Shown here piece after piece: positions 1 to 12,567 of a DNA stretch of 64,000 bases (position 1 is its first letter; each line of letters opens with the position of its first letter). The position numbers were made by a program, and so were the translations under genes. The notes under the pieces were generated by a model. The model made no database searches. It was not told the origin of the DNA and was given only the letters and a program-made list of their open reading frames with translations. The stretch comes from Thalia democratica (lineage: Eukaryota). The stretch covers positions 46,004,001 through 46,068,000 of the forward strand of contig OZ241828.1 of the NCBI GenBank assembly GCA_965202585.1, written 5' to 3'.

Positions 1-2120
1 ATTTTGAAGAAGTTATGTTTTTATTGTACTCGTTACCATTGAGTCAAAGGCACTATTTATAAGTATTAAATTATACTTACATTACAACTTTGATAAGTTT
101 TTTAAACAATGTACTGTAATAAGAGGATAGTTAAAACTGTTTGACTTCGTTGAATTTTTTAAGATAACTCATCGGTGAATATTGGTAGCAAATTTTATTC
201 GCAATGTCGTAAAGAATTTTATTGTGTCTTAGAAAGTTTTTGATGCAGATCTGCCACTTAAGATTTTCAATTAAAAATTCAACTCCTAAATAATTTTGAG
301 AATCTTTCCCATGAGAGCAGTTTAATTCAATTTGAATAAAATTTAGACTTTTGACTGTCATGCAATCTTAACATGAAATAATTTTTAAAACAACATTATA
401 GTTCAAAATAAATTCGTTTTAGTTCGTTTGTTGTCGAAATTAACTACTGCCCTATTTAAAGCTAACCTTTCGAGAGCTTCACAGTTTGTTGTTTAACATT
501 TTTTTAAACTTAAACTCGTCTTTATAATCGTTTAACGACTATTTTATTTGTAAATGTAACAGTGAAATGAAATTTCTTGTTAGAACACTTAGAAATGTTG
601 TACATAAAGTTAGCTTTTAAACATCCAAAAAAAAATTAGCTATATTTTTTGGTTTTATTTATGGTGTTAGAAAAAAACTGTTTTTTTTCACAAACTTTCC
701 TTATTCAAAAAAAAAAATTAATGCCTTGTTATCTCATATTCCCATTTTTACAATATTCGTAGCTATTTTATTCAAAAAATCAAGAATATTTTAAGTTAAC
801 TGTGAAGTAAAATTACTTTTAGTAGAAAAATTTGAAATCAAATGTAAAAAGGACAACTTTTGACGATTTAAAATTTGCAGCTGCACTTGTAAGTTTCAAC
901 CTTCCAGTGTTGACAAGTTGTTCTTCCCAAATTTTCTTATTTAAAGAATTTTATATTGTTCAGTGACTCCCAATATTATCTTATTTTATGACTATTTTGT
1001 TTGAAACAACAAGAAAACAAAAGTTAGTTTGACTGTAAAATGAAATGCTGGGAAGTTGTGGAATAAAGGAAATAAAAGAAAGCTTTTATCAGTTACTGTT
1101 ATCGAAAGGTAGTGGATCTTAGCGTTGAAGGATGCCATTATAACCCTCAGCTCTTGATACTATTAAGTTACTTTCGTATGATATCATTTTGTGTTGGTCT
1201 GATATGTTAGTCGGCTCAGGGACAATAGTTGGTATGTGGTTACTAGCATCCAAAACTTTTTCAGCGACTAACCTCGAGCGGTCGTATGCTGACAAAGGCA
1301 TGGATTTCTTGCTGCTAGCACTTATACTCAAATATAAGTGATTAGTGCTACTAATCGAATTAGTGAGAGTATGTTGCAATTAAACGTACTCTGCAAAAGG
1401 TATTATATAATAAATGCTAGAGATATAAGATAAGCTTAACTAGGTTAAATTCTAGTTAGTAAACAAATGCTCTTCTATTGTACAATGATCAATTAAAAGA
1501 AACTAAGTGACTCGCTAAATAAAAATTAGTGTAAATAGCAAAATTATCAATCAATGCCCAATAACAAATAATGCTTAGTAAACGACTCAAAAGTACGTCT
1601 CAAAAATAATCAAAAGTAGTGCTCGAAAACTAAGCACATACGTCTACCCCTACGAAAAAAAACATTAATGCCACAACTATCCCTAACATTAACCAACAAC
1701 ACTAGCAAACAACAACGTTTGACCTCTCTCGCGGTGATTTTTATACCGTTTTTGCGTTTTTAATAAATCTTTTCCGAACGGATATATATAAATATAATAA
1801 ATCTCATCTTCCGAACGAGAATAGACATGCTTACAGCAGTTTAAATTTGTCAATAAATATATTTAATTTTTGATATTATTATTTATCATAAAAGTTACAA
1901 TCTTACTAATTTGACTAAATGCAACTAATTTCACAATAAGAGTCATATATTTACCTTTTATATGACTAAAACAAATAAGTTTTTAGTTCACGATGATTAA
2001 TCAAGCTAAATAACATTTTTTAAATAAACTGTCAACAACAGACATAATAAGAGTTTAGATTTTTTTACGATCTTTATACTTTAATTGGTATTGAATTAAA
2101 TTGAAATATTTATTTATTTG

Positions 2121-2901
2121 TCCTTGACAAGACGTTTAAAGGTATCCGTTGTGTACGACTCGATAACCGAAAGGTTCTTCGTGCACCAAGTCTTAGGTCA
2201 AAATATTTTGAGCTTTGTCCTTATGTCGTTCAATAAACTAATAATTACAATGTCGTCTTCTATGCTACTGGAACTATTTTAGATTCTTCATTTTTTCTCA
2301 AATGGACAATGTCGTTTATGATTAAAACGAACTTCCAGTTGTTTTGCTTTTAGAACTGATTTGCAATGTTTAACATTTTTAACATTTTATATGTAAAGAA
2401 TTTTATGTATACTTTCTTTAATTTACCATTTGTGGATTACAATTATAAACCTCGCAACTGATTTTTCTTTTTAAAGACTTCTTTTTTTTACTGTATTTAA
2501 AGTTTACTACAATTTGGACATTAATACTTTTCTTCTTGTCATTCTCATTTATATTTTAGTTTTTAAACGGACAAAGTTTCATTTATTTATTTCTTGATCT
2601 AATTTCTTCAGTATCCTTAAAGCTACTTTAGTATTTTATTAACTAATCTTCTCTTGCTCTCCACTTAAGACAATGTTGTTTTCTTTTAAACTCTTTAAAT
2701 AAAATTAAGGTGCAAGCAATTCCACATTGACTTAATTTAAAAAATTTATTTAATACTATGTTTATTTTTCTAGTAAAGTGATAATTGCTTTCTATATATA
2801 AAAAAACGCTCAAAATGTTTGGTCCTAGGACCTGGTGCATGAATAACCTTTTTGGTTATCGAGTTGCACACCACCGATACCTTTTAACGTTGTGTCCAGG
2901 A
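2121..2901. mobile_element. Unclassified non-autonomous TIR element with ~90-bp imperfect terminal inverted repeats
   Basis: 2121-2210 (tccttgacaagacgtttaaaggtatcc...gcaccaagtcttaggtcaaaatatttt) is the imperfect reverse complement of ~2812-2901. Solo copies of the same arm occur near 3935-3990 and 6789-6885. No clear TSD. Confidence 0.6.
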
Positions 2902-4783
2902 TACTAATAGTTAATTCTTATTTGATTATTTTTCGGCCAGGCTTTTTTTCAATTTTATAGTTTATGAATTGAATTACTCATCCACTGAGCTCTTAAGTTT
3001 TAGGATTAAATCAAGGACCGTTTTCATGCCTTTGTTTATTTCCCTTAAAAAAAATAACACCTTCATCTCATTTTTTATTACCTTTAAATATTGACTCACA
3101 TAATTTTCTCAACCCTGCTTGCTATTGCGAGTTTCTATCTTTATTTATATTTTTCAATAGCTCCTTTCTCAAGTAGAATCTTTTAGACGTTAGATACGCA
3201 AAAAATATTAGCTTGCTTTGTTTTCAATAAAAAGTATACATAACCTTTTTTTGTACATCAACCAACGCGTTCTTTCAGACGTTAGATACGCTTTCAGTGC
3301 TAGCTTGCTCTGACTGAGTCACTGAGAAACAAATTTAATTTTTTTATAATTATTTAAAAGTGTCGTGCAAGCAAACCTACAATCTTTAACTTCCATGAGC
3401 TCTTTTACTACACTCTTTTTTGTGTTGCTATATTTGTTAAGTTGTAAAATAAACTTTGAGTGCTGATAATCGTTGATTGTTTTCGTAATATCGGTTTAAC
3501 GTAGATAAGTAAAAGGTATATTCTTAGTACTAGTGTTTCGTAGTTTATTCTATTTTAAGATTACTATAAGTAAAGTTGTAACAATAACACTTTAGTTTAA
3601 TCACTAATAAAAGATTATAATTTAAGTAAGTTATGAGTTCTAATAGTTAGAAACCTTTGATTTGTCAGCGGCTAGCCTCTCTACGCATGACCAAACGTCT
3701 GAAAAGACTTCAGGTACTAATAGACATACTCCTAACTGACACATGGTGTTACCAGACGAACCTGTAGGAGCAAAGGGTTATACAATAACTAAGCAATAAA
3801 ACACTGTACAAAACATGGTTTAAGAACATAAAATTTTCTACCTTAAAAAAAAAAACAAAGAAACATTAATGTATAAAAATTGTAAAACTTTCCTATTTTT
3901 TGAGTATATCCTTTTTTTTTCGTTTGTTTTTTCGATGACCGAGAGGTCTTTTGGTGTACCCAGGTCTTTGAACCAAAAATTTTTGAGCACTTTTATGTTT
4001 TTTCGTTTGTTCAATAAATTATAACTTACTATTATTATTACTTAAGGTTCACAAGTTTGATATTTACTACTTTTGTAAAATTAAAGGCAACACTTTTGTA
4101 ATAGTTAATGTTTATAATATTTGCAATGCATAGCTCACTATTTATTCTAACAAGTTTTCTCTACCACATATAAAAATCTCTAGAAAATTTAACTAAGAAT
4201 AATGTGAATGCTCACAACAATGGTGTATGGAAAGATATTTTGTCATCTAATTCCACACTATTTCTTGTAAACACATCTTTGAGTTATTTCAATTTTTGGA
4301 TTAATAAAAACTATAGGACTAACAATAATTGTTTTTATAAATTGATAAGTACTCATTTTAAACACATTACTGCAAATATTGACCATAGAAACTAATGTCA
4401 ATTGAAACACCTTTTCTTTAGATTTAGTTTTTTAACATTTACATCAAACTTTTCTTGTTGCTCTTGCTACATAAGCAATTTTGCTACACTAAATACAACA
4501 AACAACTCAATAATTAGCAAAAAAATAAAGTTGGGGTAATGTTATATACAAGATGTTTATTATGAATAAACAAAACTGTAAAAGCACAATGTATTTTGAA
4601 AATAATGTTAACAAATATTATAATTTTTTTGTAAGTAGGTCAAGAGTTGAAATTGTTTAATATTTGCTTATTTTTTTATTGGTATGTAAGTAATTTAGTA
4701 TTAGTCAATAAAATATCCTTCTAATGATTATTTAAATAAACATAAAATAACTTATAGATTGTTAGAGCAGAAATAAACCTTAA

Positions 4784-5441
4784 GGGCATAGGGGGGTTAA
4801 CACCCATTTTTGGTTTTTGATCTTATTTTATACAGTTTTTACTAAGCTACAAAATGCTTTTTACAGATATAAAAAAATCAAAATAACTTTTTAGATATAG
4901 TCAGTCAAAGTCGGAGGCAACAATAGGTTCCTTATGGGAGGCGCAAACTAAAACTGCGAAAATAGACTATTACACTAAAAACTATCTTCATCTACGTTTT
5001 TTGAGATAACTACTTCAAATTTTCAGGAAATGTTCCTTGATATATTTAGAAAATTCTGTTGAAAATAATTTTAAAAAAATAAAAAATTTATATAAAAAAT
5101 AAACAAAAAAACATTTTTTTTTGGTTTTTTTTGTTATAAAATTTTAATTTTTTTAAATTCTGTTCCAACAGAATTTTTTAAATATTGCAAGGAACATTTC
5201 CTGAAAATTTGAGGTAGTTATCTCAAAAAACGTAGGAGGGATAGATTTTAGGGATTTCTAGTTATTTGCTGTTTTAGTTTGCGCCTCCCATAAGGATCCT
5301 ATTGTTGCCTCCGACTTTGACTGGCTATATCTCAAAAATTATTTTGAATTTTTAAAATCTGTAAAAAGCATCTTGTAGCTTAGTAAAAACTATATAAAAT
5401 AAGATCAAAAACCAAAAAAAGGTGTTAATCCCCCTATGCCC
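4784..5441. mobile_element. Kolobok-like non-autonomous DNA transposon (TTAA TSD), nearly fully palindromic
   Basis: TTAA|GGGCATAGGGGG...CCCCCTATGCCC|TTAA (TTAA at 4780-4783 and 5442-5445). The left and right halves are reverse complements over most of the length. A TTAA TSD with GG termini fits Kolobok rather than piggyBac (CCC termini). Confidence 0.75.
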
Positions 5442-7084
5442 TTAAAATAAACTTAGTAATACTGGAAAGTTTTTTAAAAGGTAGAAAAGGCAGAAAAACA
5501 TCAGAAGAAGTTATTTATAAGGATCACTTAAAATCAAGTTAATACAATTAAGAAATATTTGATGTTCTCACATCATTAATCAGGGTCTTTGTCTCCTGAA
5601 ATAGATAAAATATTATAATAAAAACTCAATATGCCTACTTATTTTAGGCTCACTGTCATTGAAGATTAAACCACACTAAAAGATTATATTTAATGAAAAA
5701 CCAACAACTCAGACCAATCCAGCTATGCTCGTACCCAGTCATTAAGACCAATATTAGTAAGCTCCCCAAAAAAGAGAGTAGAAACACCTTCAACAATGAA
5801 TCTATTCAAACTATAAATATACACTTAAAAACTTTATTTAAAAGCACTTTGTACTATAAGAATTTAAAGTAATTTATTGGATTTTGAGTAAAACATTTCC
5901 CAGTGCAATTTGATATGCTTCAAGTTTGCTCTAGTCTTTTCAAGGTTTCTGTGTGTTAGGCTAAATCAGTTTTTTTAATTGGCAAAATGTTAGTTTTTGT
6001 TAGTTCAAAAACTTGAAAAGTTTGTGAATTTTAAGTAGATTATCAAGTTGTGATTTATTTTAACAAGAATTTAACTTATGGAGGCAAAATGTCAGTATTT
6101 TCAAGTAAAAATGCATGAAAATTTCTGAGTTTCTTAAAATAATTGAGAATCTTAGTTGCTTTGAGTAGAATATTAAGATGTAAAATTATTTTTTAAGGAA
6201 ACACTTAGTTGTTGAAGGCAAAATGATTATTTGCAAAATGATTAGTATATTTAAAAGTAAAGGTGAGTGTATCAGTGTTGATCTTATTAAAGTTATTTAA
6301 AAGTTATAAAATGAGTGACCTATCACTATGAAAGTAAAATGTTAAATATGTCTGTTGCAGTTGCGAAACAGTTTAAGTTCCAAAAAATGAAATTTTTATG
6401 ATTATTTTTAGGAACCTTATCTTTTTTGATAATTTGAAAATGAAAATATTAAATGTTCTAGAAAGTTCTATTATCTGTGAACACAGCAAACCATACATAA
6501 TATGGCTCATAAAAAGGGATAAAAAATATAATATAACACTTTATTTATTTATATTTTATCTTGTTTTGAATCAAAGTAACTATCGTTTTTAATATCTAGT
6601 AATTAAATTTTAATATGATCTAACCAATTTAGGTTATACACTAAAATAATTGTAACATAACTTTTTTTATAAATAAAATACCTATCTGAGTATCTAAAAC
6701 TATTTTTCCATTTTTGTTTTAAATAATGAAATATCGTGCACCTTGTTTTATCTATATTTAGTTTAATCCTATTAACTAATCAATAAATTCCTAGACAAGA
6801 CATTAAAAGGTATCCAAGTGGTGCGCTACTCAATAACCAAAAAGTTTTTTTGTGCACAAAAGTTCTTTAGACTAAATATTTTAAACACTTTTTTGGTTGT
6901 TCAATAAAATATTAATGAACATAGAATTTTATTTACCTATGATTATTTGCAGACCGCTTTAAATGATAAATGTATCTGTCACAATAAAAACTTATATTGT
7001 AACATAAAGTTTAGATATAAACAAAGAATCACTTAATCTTTTTGAAAAATATTTTAAATAAGTAAAAATTTCCGTAACTGGAAA

Positions 7085-7575
7085 GAAGGAATCATTTTTA
7101 AATCACTCATTTCACACTTTGATCTTATTTTATAGAGTTTTAACCAAGCTTCAAGTTGATTTTTACAGTCAACCTAATTTAACCTGTTGAAAAAATTTGT
7201 CAAAACAAAATTAAAAAATAAAAGTTTTATGATATAAAAACAAAAAAAAAGTTTTTTTGGTTAGTTTTTTTATCATAAATATATGTTTTTTTAATTTCCA
7301 ACAGAATTTTCTAAATATTACAAGAAACATTTCCTAGAAGTTTGAGCTAGTTATCTCAAAAAACGTAACAGGAGAACATTTTTTAGTGATTTGTAGTTAT
7401 TTCCTGCTTTAGTTTGCGCCCCCCATAAGGAACCTATTGTAGTCTCCAACTTACACCTCCTATATCTCAAAAATTATTTTGAATTTTAAAAATCTGTAAA
7501 AAGCAACTTGTAGCAGAGTTAAAACTCTATAAAATAAGACTAAATTGTGAAAAAGTGATACACCCCCCTATGCCC
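7085..7575. mobile_element. Partial or diverged copy of the same Kolobok-like family
   Basis: Right end CCCCCCTATGCCC|TTAA at 7563-7579. The internal sequence matches 5040-5440. The left TIR is degraded, so the left boundary is approximate. Confidence 0.65.
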
Positions 7576-8195
7576 TTAATCCTGTTTAAAATTATTTAAT
7601 ATTGTTCATCATCAAAACAATCTTTAAAGACTCAAAAAAACAAAAAAAAAACAACAAAAGTTATCAAAGATACATCAGAACAGTGCCATGCTTTATTTAG
7701 AACTTCAGAAGCTTTCAGGTTTGCTTTTAGTAAACAAACCTCAATTTAGAGTGAAAAAAAAAACTAATTGCATTCTCTTTTGTCCTTATAAAAGGAACTT
7801 TTAAAACCAAAATTTGATATCCTGATAACTTGTTCAAAAAATAACTAATTTTAAGTACCTAGTGTTAAAACTGATATTATTCTTCACTGGTCAAAACAAG
7901 TAGAGATTTAAAATATAAATTAGTGAAAACAGTTGTGTTTAATATAAAACAAGGCACTTTTTTAATGAGTTAATTTTGTTTTTAATTTTTTTTAGTGTGG
8001 TCTTGTAAAGTAACTCTGAAAACTCTCAAGAGATTGCTGTAAAATTAAAACCTAGTAGTTTAAAAAAAATTTCATGAGTTGCATCAAAAAAGTTTTATAT
8101 GTTAGGGTGGAATAAATATAAATAGAATTAATGAAATCAATATAACAAAAAGGGTGAAAAAACAAATTTTATCATCAGACCACAAGCCTTTGGTT

Positions 8196-8240
8196 GACTG
8201 ATACCTTTGTTTAGTCATTATTAGGACTCATCATTCAGTC
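8196..8240 (-). ncRNA. Degenerate type I hammerhead ribozyme relic
   Basis: Minus strand reads GACTGA-ATGATGA-GTCC-TAATAA-TGAC-TAA-ACAAAGGT-A-TCAGTC. Stem I is intact but the core is mutated (C3, G12). Confidence 0.55.
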
Positions 8241-8678
8241 ACAACCAAAAAACTTTCAATTTACAAACATTTATAATGCTTTCACATGAATCAGCCGTTT
8301 CTTGGTATTGATCAGTGGCGTCAGCATTTTCTTTTGCTGTATCTGGAGCCCGCAAGCTTCTTTTTAGCCAAAAATATATATTTCAAAATAAATAAAAATT
8401 AAAGATTTTGTAGTATAAACTTACAATTAGGCTCTTAGTTCAATAAATACTCTTAATTACTACTCTAATGTTGCTTATTTTTTTATGTTTTTGATCTTAA
8501 ATAATATTTTTCTACTGATTACTAGAACTTTTTAAAATAAAAGTTGCCCTTAAAGGTTTTTTTCTGAACAGTGCGGCCCGCCAGCAATTTTTTCAGGAAA
8601 ATTAGCTTGCAAGTTACATAAGGCTGCCGACCCCTGCATTAGGCTATGTAGATTGACAACTGCAAGTTTTTCATTTGT

Positions 8679-8721
8679 GACTGGCTGATGAGTCCTAATA
8701 AAGACAAAACTGGTCTTAGTC
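8679..8721 (+). ncRNA. Degenerate type I hammerhead ribozyme relic
   Basis: GACTGG-CTGATGA-GTCC-TAATAA-AGAC-AAA-ACTGGT-C-TTAGTC. CUGAUGA is intact, GAAA is mutated to AAAA, and stem II has one mismatch. Confidence 0.65.
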
Positions 8722-9239
8722 AACCAAAGGACTAAACCACTTTTTGATGGTCTACATTCTACACACTCGTTAAGATGAGATTGTTTTTTTGATAAAATAT
8801 AGTAATTATTAAGTTATAGTTTAGAATCAAAATAACTTAGTCAAAGTGGACACTAGTTTTTGAGAAATTTCTGAATTTTATAAGGTTTTTGAATGTACAC
8901 GTTTTTAGGTCTATTTTTAGTTTAAAATTTATTTAAAGGTAAAATCTGTGTTAAATATTATAACAACATTGAAAAATACTATAAAGCTTTTTTCAATAAG
9001 TTTTTTTAATAAAAAATATTTGTGGTAATGAATCTACATGATATAATTTTTGTGTTCTATCAAACTTCACTACTTAAAATGCAAAAATTGTTTAAATTCA
9101 AGGTTTATTTCAGTGATTTATGTTCAAAATTCCAGCTTGCATCATAACCACAATAAACCATTTAGAACATTGCAACCTGTGTTCACAGCAAAGCAGATAC
9201 TTTTAATTTCACAACAGTCAGTGAGTGTAAATGTGAAAA

Positions 9240-10130
9240 GAAGAATATGACAAGTTATCTGGAAGAAGCAATAAAATACGTGATGATTGCAGTTCTAGGT
9301 GACGATGACATTAGAAGATAATTTCTTAGCACTGAAGTTATCTTTTCTACGTCATTGTTTGATATAGACTTCATTTTTGAAAGCAAGGAAATAGGTAGAT
9401 GTGCAAGAGAAAAATATTGTACTGTATCAGTGTTCTCTTCTTAACGACGTCAAAAAAGCAATATTTCAATGTAGGAGATAGGTCCAGTATATCCCTTTTC
9501 AGGGCTGTAAAAAGTTATTCTATCCATTTAAAGAAAAATATACTCAGATTTTAAAACCTTTCAGATATTGTTTATCTTGTTGAAGCAGCCAGTCAAATAA
9601 GATAAGTGCTGTTTAAACCCAAAATAATAGTTCCTGTTTTATTCAACAGGATTACCAAATAGTTTCATTACATGTTAAAAAAGGATTTATGTTTAAAATC
9701 ATTATATTTGCCAGAAAAAAATTATAAAGCTAAAGTTTAGAACATTCACGTGTATCAATTAAAATCACTTACTACAGCACAAATAAGTTTATTATTGTAT
9801 GTGCTTTAGCTAATACTGGTGCTCAGTCAAAACTTTTGGTTTAAAAAGACTTTCGAAATGCTGTTTTTGGTAAGAATAATTTACTTCCTATATCAATTGC
9901 AACTCGGGCTGCTAATAAAATTCTATTAGACATTTTAGGCACTTTTAAAACTACTTTTAGTGGAAAGTATCCAATGACTGATGCAATCAGCTGCAATGGT
10001 AACAACTATGTCAGTGACTCAGTAACTGGTTTTTTCCAATCCTATGAAGCAATGGTTGACCTTAATTATTTAAGTAATTATGTATTACCTAATTATTATC
10101 CTCAATTTATTGAAAGTCTTAACTATCTCA
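9240..10130 (+). mobile_element. Decayed LTR-retrotransposon gag/aspartic protease relic
   Basis: Stop-interrupted frames give YLEEAIKYVMIAVLGDDDIRR*FLSTEVIF...FESKEIGR (gag-like) and CALANTGAQSKLL...RAANKILLDILGTF...YVSDSVTGFFQSYEAMVDL (retropepsin D[N]TGA motif). Family assignment is from recalled similarity. Confidence 0.6.
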
Positions 10131-10360
10131 CTAATATTGTAATTTATATAAAAAAACTTGAATAAAAAAGTGTAAATAAAAGTAGAAACTAATATTTTCC
10201 TGATGCTTTTTGTAACCTTTCATCATTTTTAATTGCAGATTCTGACATTCTTAAACTAAATTGATATTGTTAAGTCAATAATTTAAAAAAGAAAAATACA
10301 TTTAATAAAAAGGTAAATACTAGCAAAAAAGTCTTTTGTTTTAAGTAGCTTAAGCTTAAA

Positions 10361-11677
10361 ATGAATAATAATAAAAATCATAAGTCATACAAAGTTTTAA
10401 TGAAGTGTACAAAGCTTATTTTTGTATCAATATTTTCTTCAAGAAAGTTTAACAACTTAAAGATAACTCTCAATGCTGAAAATAAATCTAGCTCATATTT
10501 GATCAACTTGGATATAAAAATTGAATTAGATTTATTTTTTCAATTTAACAAGAATGTTTTAACTTCAAATCTTTTGTCTGATATTTGTTCAGTTAACTTC
10601 TTTGACAAATTTGAGTATTTAAGTCGCAGTAGTAATGGTAGCATTATTGAAAGGGTGAATGTCGAGTCACCTGAAATTGTTCAAGAATTCTTTGATAACA
10701 GCTCTAAATCAAATTTATGTTCTGATATACGCTTAAAACTTTTTGTTTCTGTTTTATCTAACATGAAATTTAATGAACTTCTAGTACAGGTTAAAAACTT
10801 GTTGCATTTATTACATATTATTCTACCAAAAATTACTATAACTTTTTTTGGGACTGAAACTATAATTTACACCTCAGAAGTTTATAACACAATCAAAAAT
10901 GGAAAGAACATTGACGGACTGTTTGAGATTTCAACTGATGCTTCAAAATATGTAGTTGAAACAATTCAAACGTTTGATAATATTGATTTTTCTTTTGCAA
11001 AACCCAGACTGATCCAAGTTTCAAATTATCTTAAGTGTTTTGATATTAAGCATCTGGTTTTAAAAGTGGCTGTTGGAATGGTCCCATTACCACCTGGTCG
11101 ATCAAATGATCCACAACTACGTTTATTTTTGTTTTCCCCTTATAATATACCAGCTTGCAACGGTGAAAATTTGCCATTTGAACTTGATAAATGTCAATGG
11201 TGGGACAGCTTAAACATTCAGTTAAACAAAACTCAGTTTTTTAGTGGCCCTGTTCAACCTTATATTAGTTTTAACCTACTTAGTTGTAATAAAGACGATA
11301 TTAGTTATGATTTTGTTACTGTAGTTTGTATAAAGTTATTAGATCCAGAACGCTTTCGAACATGTTTGGAAAGTATTAGATTTCAACAGTGGTTTGAAAA
11401 AAACATACATAATGTTTTATTAGAAAACTTCTCCATACTTCAAGTTAGTTTAAAAGAAAACTTTGATAAAACAGTTCAAATGTCAAAAGAAACAAGAAAA
11501 AATATTAAAAGAGATCTTAGTGTTGTAAATGTTGTAAACTCAGTAAAAGATGTACTTGTTTTAAGCACAAGTCATATATTTCGTGAAACATGTTTAGCTC
11601 TTATGAAAGTCAATGATTTGATTGTTTTTGAAACTGAAATTTTCAAAATTGTCTCCGAAACAGTAGATGCTCTATAA
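10361..11677 (+). CDS. TOP6BL: Type 2 DNA topoisomerase VI subunit B-like protein (C11orf80/DUF4554), 438 aa, single coding exon
   Basis: The only long open frame on the + strand. Colinear motifs against recalled human TOP6BL: LLHLLHIILPKITITF ~ FLRKIIMVHPKVRFHF; LFLFSPYNIP ~ IFLYGPLGLP; KNIHNVLLENFSILQVSLKENFDKTV ~ THLNAILVESHSVVQGSIQFTVDKVL; VVNSVKDVLVLSTSHIFRETCLALMKVND ~ [29 protein letters not shown]. Confidence 0.8.
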   Translation: MNNNKNHKSYKVLMKCTKLIFVSIFSSRKFNNLKITLNAENKSSSYLINLDIKIELDLFFQFNKNVLTSNLLSDICSVNFFDKFEYLSRSSNGSIIERVNVESPEIVQEFFDNSSKSNLCSDIRLKLFVSVLSNMKFNELLVQVKNLLHLLHIILPKITITFFGTETIIYTSEVYNTIKNGKNIDGLFEISTDASKYVVETIQTFDNIDFSFAKPRLIQVSNYLKCFDIKHLVLKVAVGMVPLPPGRSNDPQLRLFLFSPYNIPACNGENLPFELDKCQWWDSLNIQLNKTQFFSGPVQPYISFNLLSCNKDDISYDFVTVVCIKLLDPERFRTCLESIRFQQWFEKNIHNVLLENFSILQVSLKENFDKTVQMSKETRKNIKRDLSVVNVVNSVKDVLVLSTSHIFRETCLALMKVNDLIVFETEIFKIVSETVDAL

Positions 11678-12567
11678 TGAAGTTTAAAGCTAAATGAAAT
11701 ATTTATGTTTACTTTAACTTGGAATTGTAATTTTTATGTTTTTACCATGTTTTTTGTTAAAAAATTTTTAACTAAAATAAGTGTATTGTGATAACTGATA
11801 ACTACTGAGTTTGTTATGAGTGCTAAAAACTTTTATAATTATTATAAAATATACTTTTAATGTATACAATTAAGAAAATGTTTAGTTCAAGTTCAGACAG
11901 TTTTTTTTTAAATTGTGGTCTGTATTTATTTTACAAAGTTGTTTAACTTTTCACTTATTAACAACTTTATTTAAAAGAAATAAAAACTACTAGACTTAGT
12001 AAAAAATTAACCAAGGTAGAAATTTTAAAAGTATTTTTTAAACTAATTTTTACAACATATAAGTTTGATTAAAAAAAAATTAGTTCAGTGAGTTTCTTAG
12101 TTTTTGAATTGCGTTTACAACAAGTTGGTTATTATTTAAATAGGATTTTTTTTTTTTTATGTTAATTGATAAAATAGTTGTTAAAATATTTACATTATAC
12201 AATAACTATTATAATGCTATAAAAACTTAATTAAGCATACAAATTTCTTTTGTATAGAAATTTATCTAAAAATTTAAACTGCTTTATAATTAATTAAGTT
12301 TTTTGTTTTTATCAAAACAGTTGGTTTAAAGTAAAACTATAGATGCTAAAAAATTATTAAGTAGAGAAACTAAAACTGTAAAAAAATAATTGAAATACAT
12401 AGCTTGATTAAGAAGTTAGCTTATTTAAAATTAATAAATTTATTTTTATTTTGTGTGTGAGTTGACGAATTTCATGTTTTTATTGTATGTTAAATTCAAT
12501 TTGAATTTTATAGCTTAACTGCCACTAATATAAATAACTATTCAAATGAAACGCGCATGTTAGAAGT

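Noticed and set aside
131-361. 76-aa minus-strand ORF as a host exon or Helitron fragment
   Set aside because: No convincing splice-phase partner or recognisable motif; only a faint resemblance to transposon proteins.
1119-1379. 86-aa minus-strand ORF behind an apparent acceptor at ~1391
   Set aside because: All three frames from the acceptor hit stops. Probably a retroelement relic, but I cannot assign the family.
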